A stretch of 64,000 nt of DNA from Aquirhabdus sp. (lineage in GTDB: Bacteria > Pseudomonadota > Gammaproteobacteria > Pseudomonadales > Moraxellaceae), in assembly GCF_046462495.1 (NCBI RefSeq), contig NZ_JBKGVE010000011.1, forward strand, positions 21,484 to 85,483. Direction: 5' to 3'. Positions 62,303-64,000 of the stretch are shown here, one piece after another. The notes beneath the pieces were generated by a model. The model saw only the letters and a list, made by a program, of their open reading frames with translations, did no database searches and was not told the DNA's origin. Position 1 is the stretch's first letter. Every line of letters begins with the position of its first letter. A program made the position numbers and the translations under genes.

Positions 62303-63574
62303 TTGAAAAATAAACCACCCGCCACGCCAATACCTAAAGAAGATGTACTGATACGCGAATTGCTATCAGGTCAACGTTTTCTCATGCGTTCATTTCAGCC
62401 TGAAATGGAGTCTGCATTCTGGCGTACACTTGCCGAACGTTCGACAAGTATGATCAATGGCTTTATTTTTCCCGGTGCAATTGTTTATCTCATTTTAGGG
62501 GTGCTCAACCTTCCAATCGTTTACTACTTCAGTTGGAGTTATTTTAGGACGCAGGATTTATACAACCTCGCCTATATGTATGCGATTGGCATCTTGTGTT
62601 TAGGGACACTCCCTGCGCTTTTGAAGCGATCTTTTTTTCATCAGTATTTTTACGCCATCATGGGCACCATTTCTTTCTTTGGTGTGCTCTCAACGTCATA
62701 TTTTTCTTTACAGTTTAAAACGCCGTGGGTTTCTCAAGCCGCGACCTATGATGTGGTTCTTGTTTATATTTTGGTCTATTTCATCATTGGGATGAAACCG
62801 CGCTTTATCTTTGCCGTGGGGCTATCTGCTGGGCTGTTGGCGTTGGCGATTGCTTATTTCCGAACTGCAAATTTTGACTTTATCTGGTATTCCAACGAAG
62901 AGTTGGTACGTTATGTCTACTATGTCGGGTTGATTAATTTAGTCGGATTAGTTGTCAGTACTGTAAATATTGCTAAAGAGCGTGTCAGCTTTCTTCAGTC
63001 GCGCTTGCTCGAGTTAGATAAACTGCAAGCAGAGGATATGAGTGATAAGTTGACGCGTTTATCACGCGAAGACCCCGTCACAGGACTTGCAAATCGCCGA
63101 TATTTTAATGAAAGGATGGATGAGGAGTGGGAGCGGGCACAGCGCTCTGGAGAGCCACTGTCTGTATTGTTCATTGATATTGATCATTTCAAGACCTATA
63201 ACGACACCTATGGTCATCTACAGGGTGACGAAGCGTTGCATCAAGTTGCACAGACGTTGAAGTTATTTTTGCATCGCAGTACAGACTTAGCGGCGCGTTA
63301 TGGCGGCGAAGAATTTTTAGTGCTGTTACCCAATACGCCTGTCGCAGGTGCAAAAACTGTTGCTGATAAAGTGCTTGCAGCGGTTGATGCACTCAACATT
63401 GAACATAAAAAATCTAAAACTGCAAAATTTGTGACCGTCAGTATCGGTGTATCGACCTGTACCTTTGTGGATTCAGACGTGACTATTGCTGAATTAATCA
63501 ATCAAGCCGATGAGGCGGTTTATAAAGCCAAAGCCGACGGTCGTCACAGGGTTCGTGAATATCATCGAATGTAA
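62303..63574 (+). CDS. Membrane-bound diguanylate cyclase
   Basis: About 6 TM helices; 'DPVTGLANRR', 'DIDHFK', RSTD I-site, GGEEF. Confidence 0.93.
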   Translation: MKNKPPATPIPKEDVLIRELLSGQRFLMRSFQPEMESAFWRTLAERSTSMINGFIFPGAIVYLILGVLNLPIVYYFSWSYFRTQDLYNLAYMYAIGILCLGTLPALLKRSFFHQYFYAIMGTISFFGVLSTSYFSLQFKTPWVSQAATYDVVLVYILVYFIIGMKPRFIFAVGLSAGLLALAIAYFRTANFDFIWYSNEELVRYVYYVGLINLVGLVVSTVNIAKERVSFLQSRLLELDKLQAEDMSDKLTRLSREDPVTGLANRRYFNERMDEEWERAQRSGEPLSVLFIDIDHFKTYNDTYGHLQGDEALHQVAQTLKLFLHRSTDLAARYGGEEFLVLLPNTPVAGAKTVADKVLAAVDALNIEHKKSKTAKFVTVSIGVSTCTFVDSDVTIAELINQADEAVYKAKADGRHRVREYHRM

Positions 63575-63762
63575 CGCTTCGCTTTATACAATATTCTTCT
63601 CCATCATGTGATTTAAGCGCTTTGGATGTGCTGCGCGGCATGTTGGTTTCATGTAGAATGCGTCGATTCTGAATTTGATACTAGAGTAGGGCTTTCTTAT
63701 ACATTGGGATAGTCTGCTCATCGTGCTGTTTAAATTTTCTAATGCATACTGGAACATTATTC

Positions 63763-64000
63763 ATGGCGGAAAAACGCAAAGTCGTACTGGCCTATTCGGG
63801 CGGTTTGGATACTTCAGTCATTCTGACATGGCTGCAAGAGAAATATGATGCGGAAGTGATTACGTTTACCGCAGATATCGGGCAGGGTGAAGAAGTTGAA
63901 CCTGCTCGTGCAAAAGCGCAGCAAATGGGTGTGAAATCGATTCACATTGAAGATTTGCGTGAAGAATTTGCACGCGATTATGTGTTTCCCATGTTCCGTG
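63763..64000 (+). CDS. argG: Argininosuccinate synthase (5' part, runs off the window)
   Basis: Manual translation [21 protein letters not shown]...[10 protein letters not shown]...[15 protein letters not shown]. Confidence 0.96.
   Translation, partial: MAEKRKVVLAYSGGLDTSVILTWLQEKYDAEVITFTADIGQGEEVEPARAKAQQMGVKSIHIEDLREEFARDYVFPMFR

Noticed and set aside
1..64000. CRISPR arrays, IS elements, prophage genes, rRNA, guanidine-II/III riboswitches
   Set aside because: No repeat-spacer arrays, transposase or phage motifs, or matching RNA motifs were seen by eye

Overview
Bacterial chromosomal window that looks like Moraxellaceae (inferred from Acinetobacter-like gene neighbourhoods and proteins). 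Bases 1-11250 hold a complete guanidine-assimilation locus on the minus strand. It runs: sigma54 promoter, guanidine-I (ykkC-yxkD) riboswitch, two DUF1989 carboxyguanidine deiminase subunits, and a urea/guanidine carboxylase carrying the guanidine-type Asp. Allophanate hydrolase follows, split into two genes. A metallophosphoesterase sits on the opposite strand, then a NitT/TauT ABC importer with its own sigma54 promoter. Most of the rest is housekeeping: ffh, htpG, trpS, mdtABC, acs, nth, rnfB, rlmH, rsfS, nadD, fadE, aqpZ, leuA, fdxA, mutS, radA, tRNA-Glu, nnrD, rnt, pyrC, argG. Accessory or cryptic items are interspersed. These include an AT-rich lipoprotein gene with a perfect palindrome over its -35 and a 50-aa membrane peptide missed by the ORF track. 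There is also a candidate divergent DNA Pol III psi subunit and a Pif1-family helicase. At 47.2-54.6 kb a convergent module pairs an outer-membrane barrel gene with a CzcA-type RND/NodT-type channel/His-tailed Rid operon, and the two promoters carry similar 11-bp-period direct repeats. No CRISPR array, transposase, integrase or rRNA was seen. All calls come from reading the sequence; no searches were run.
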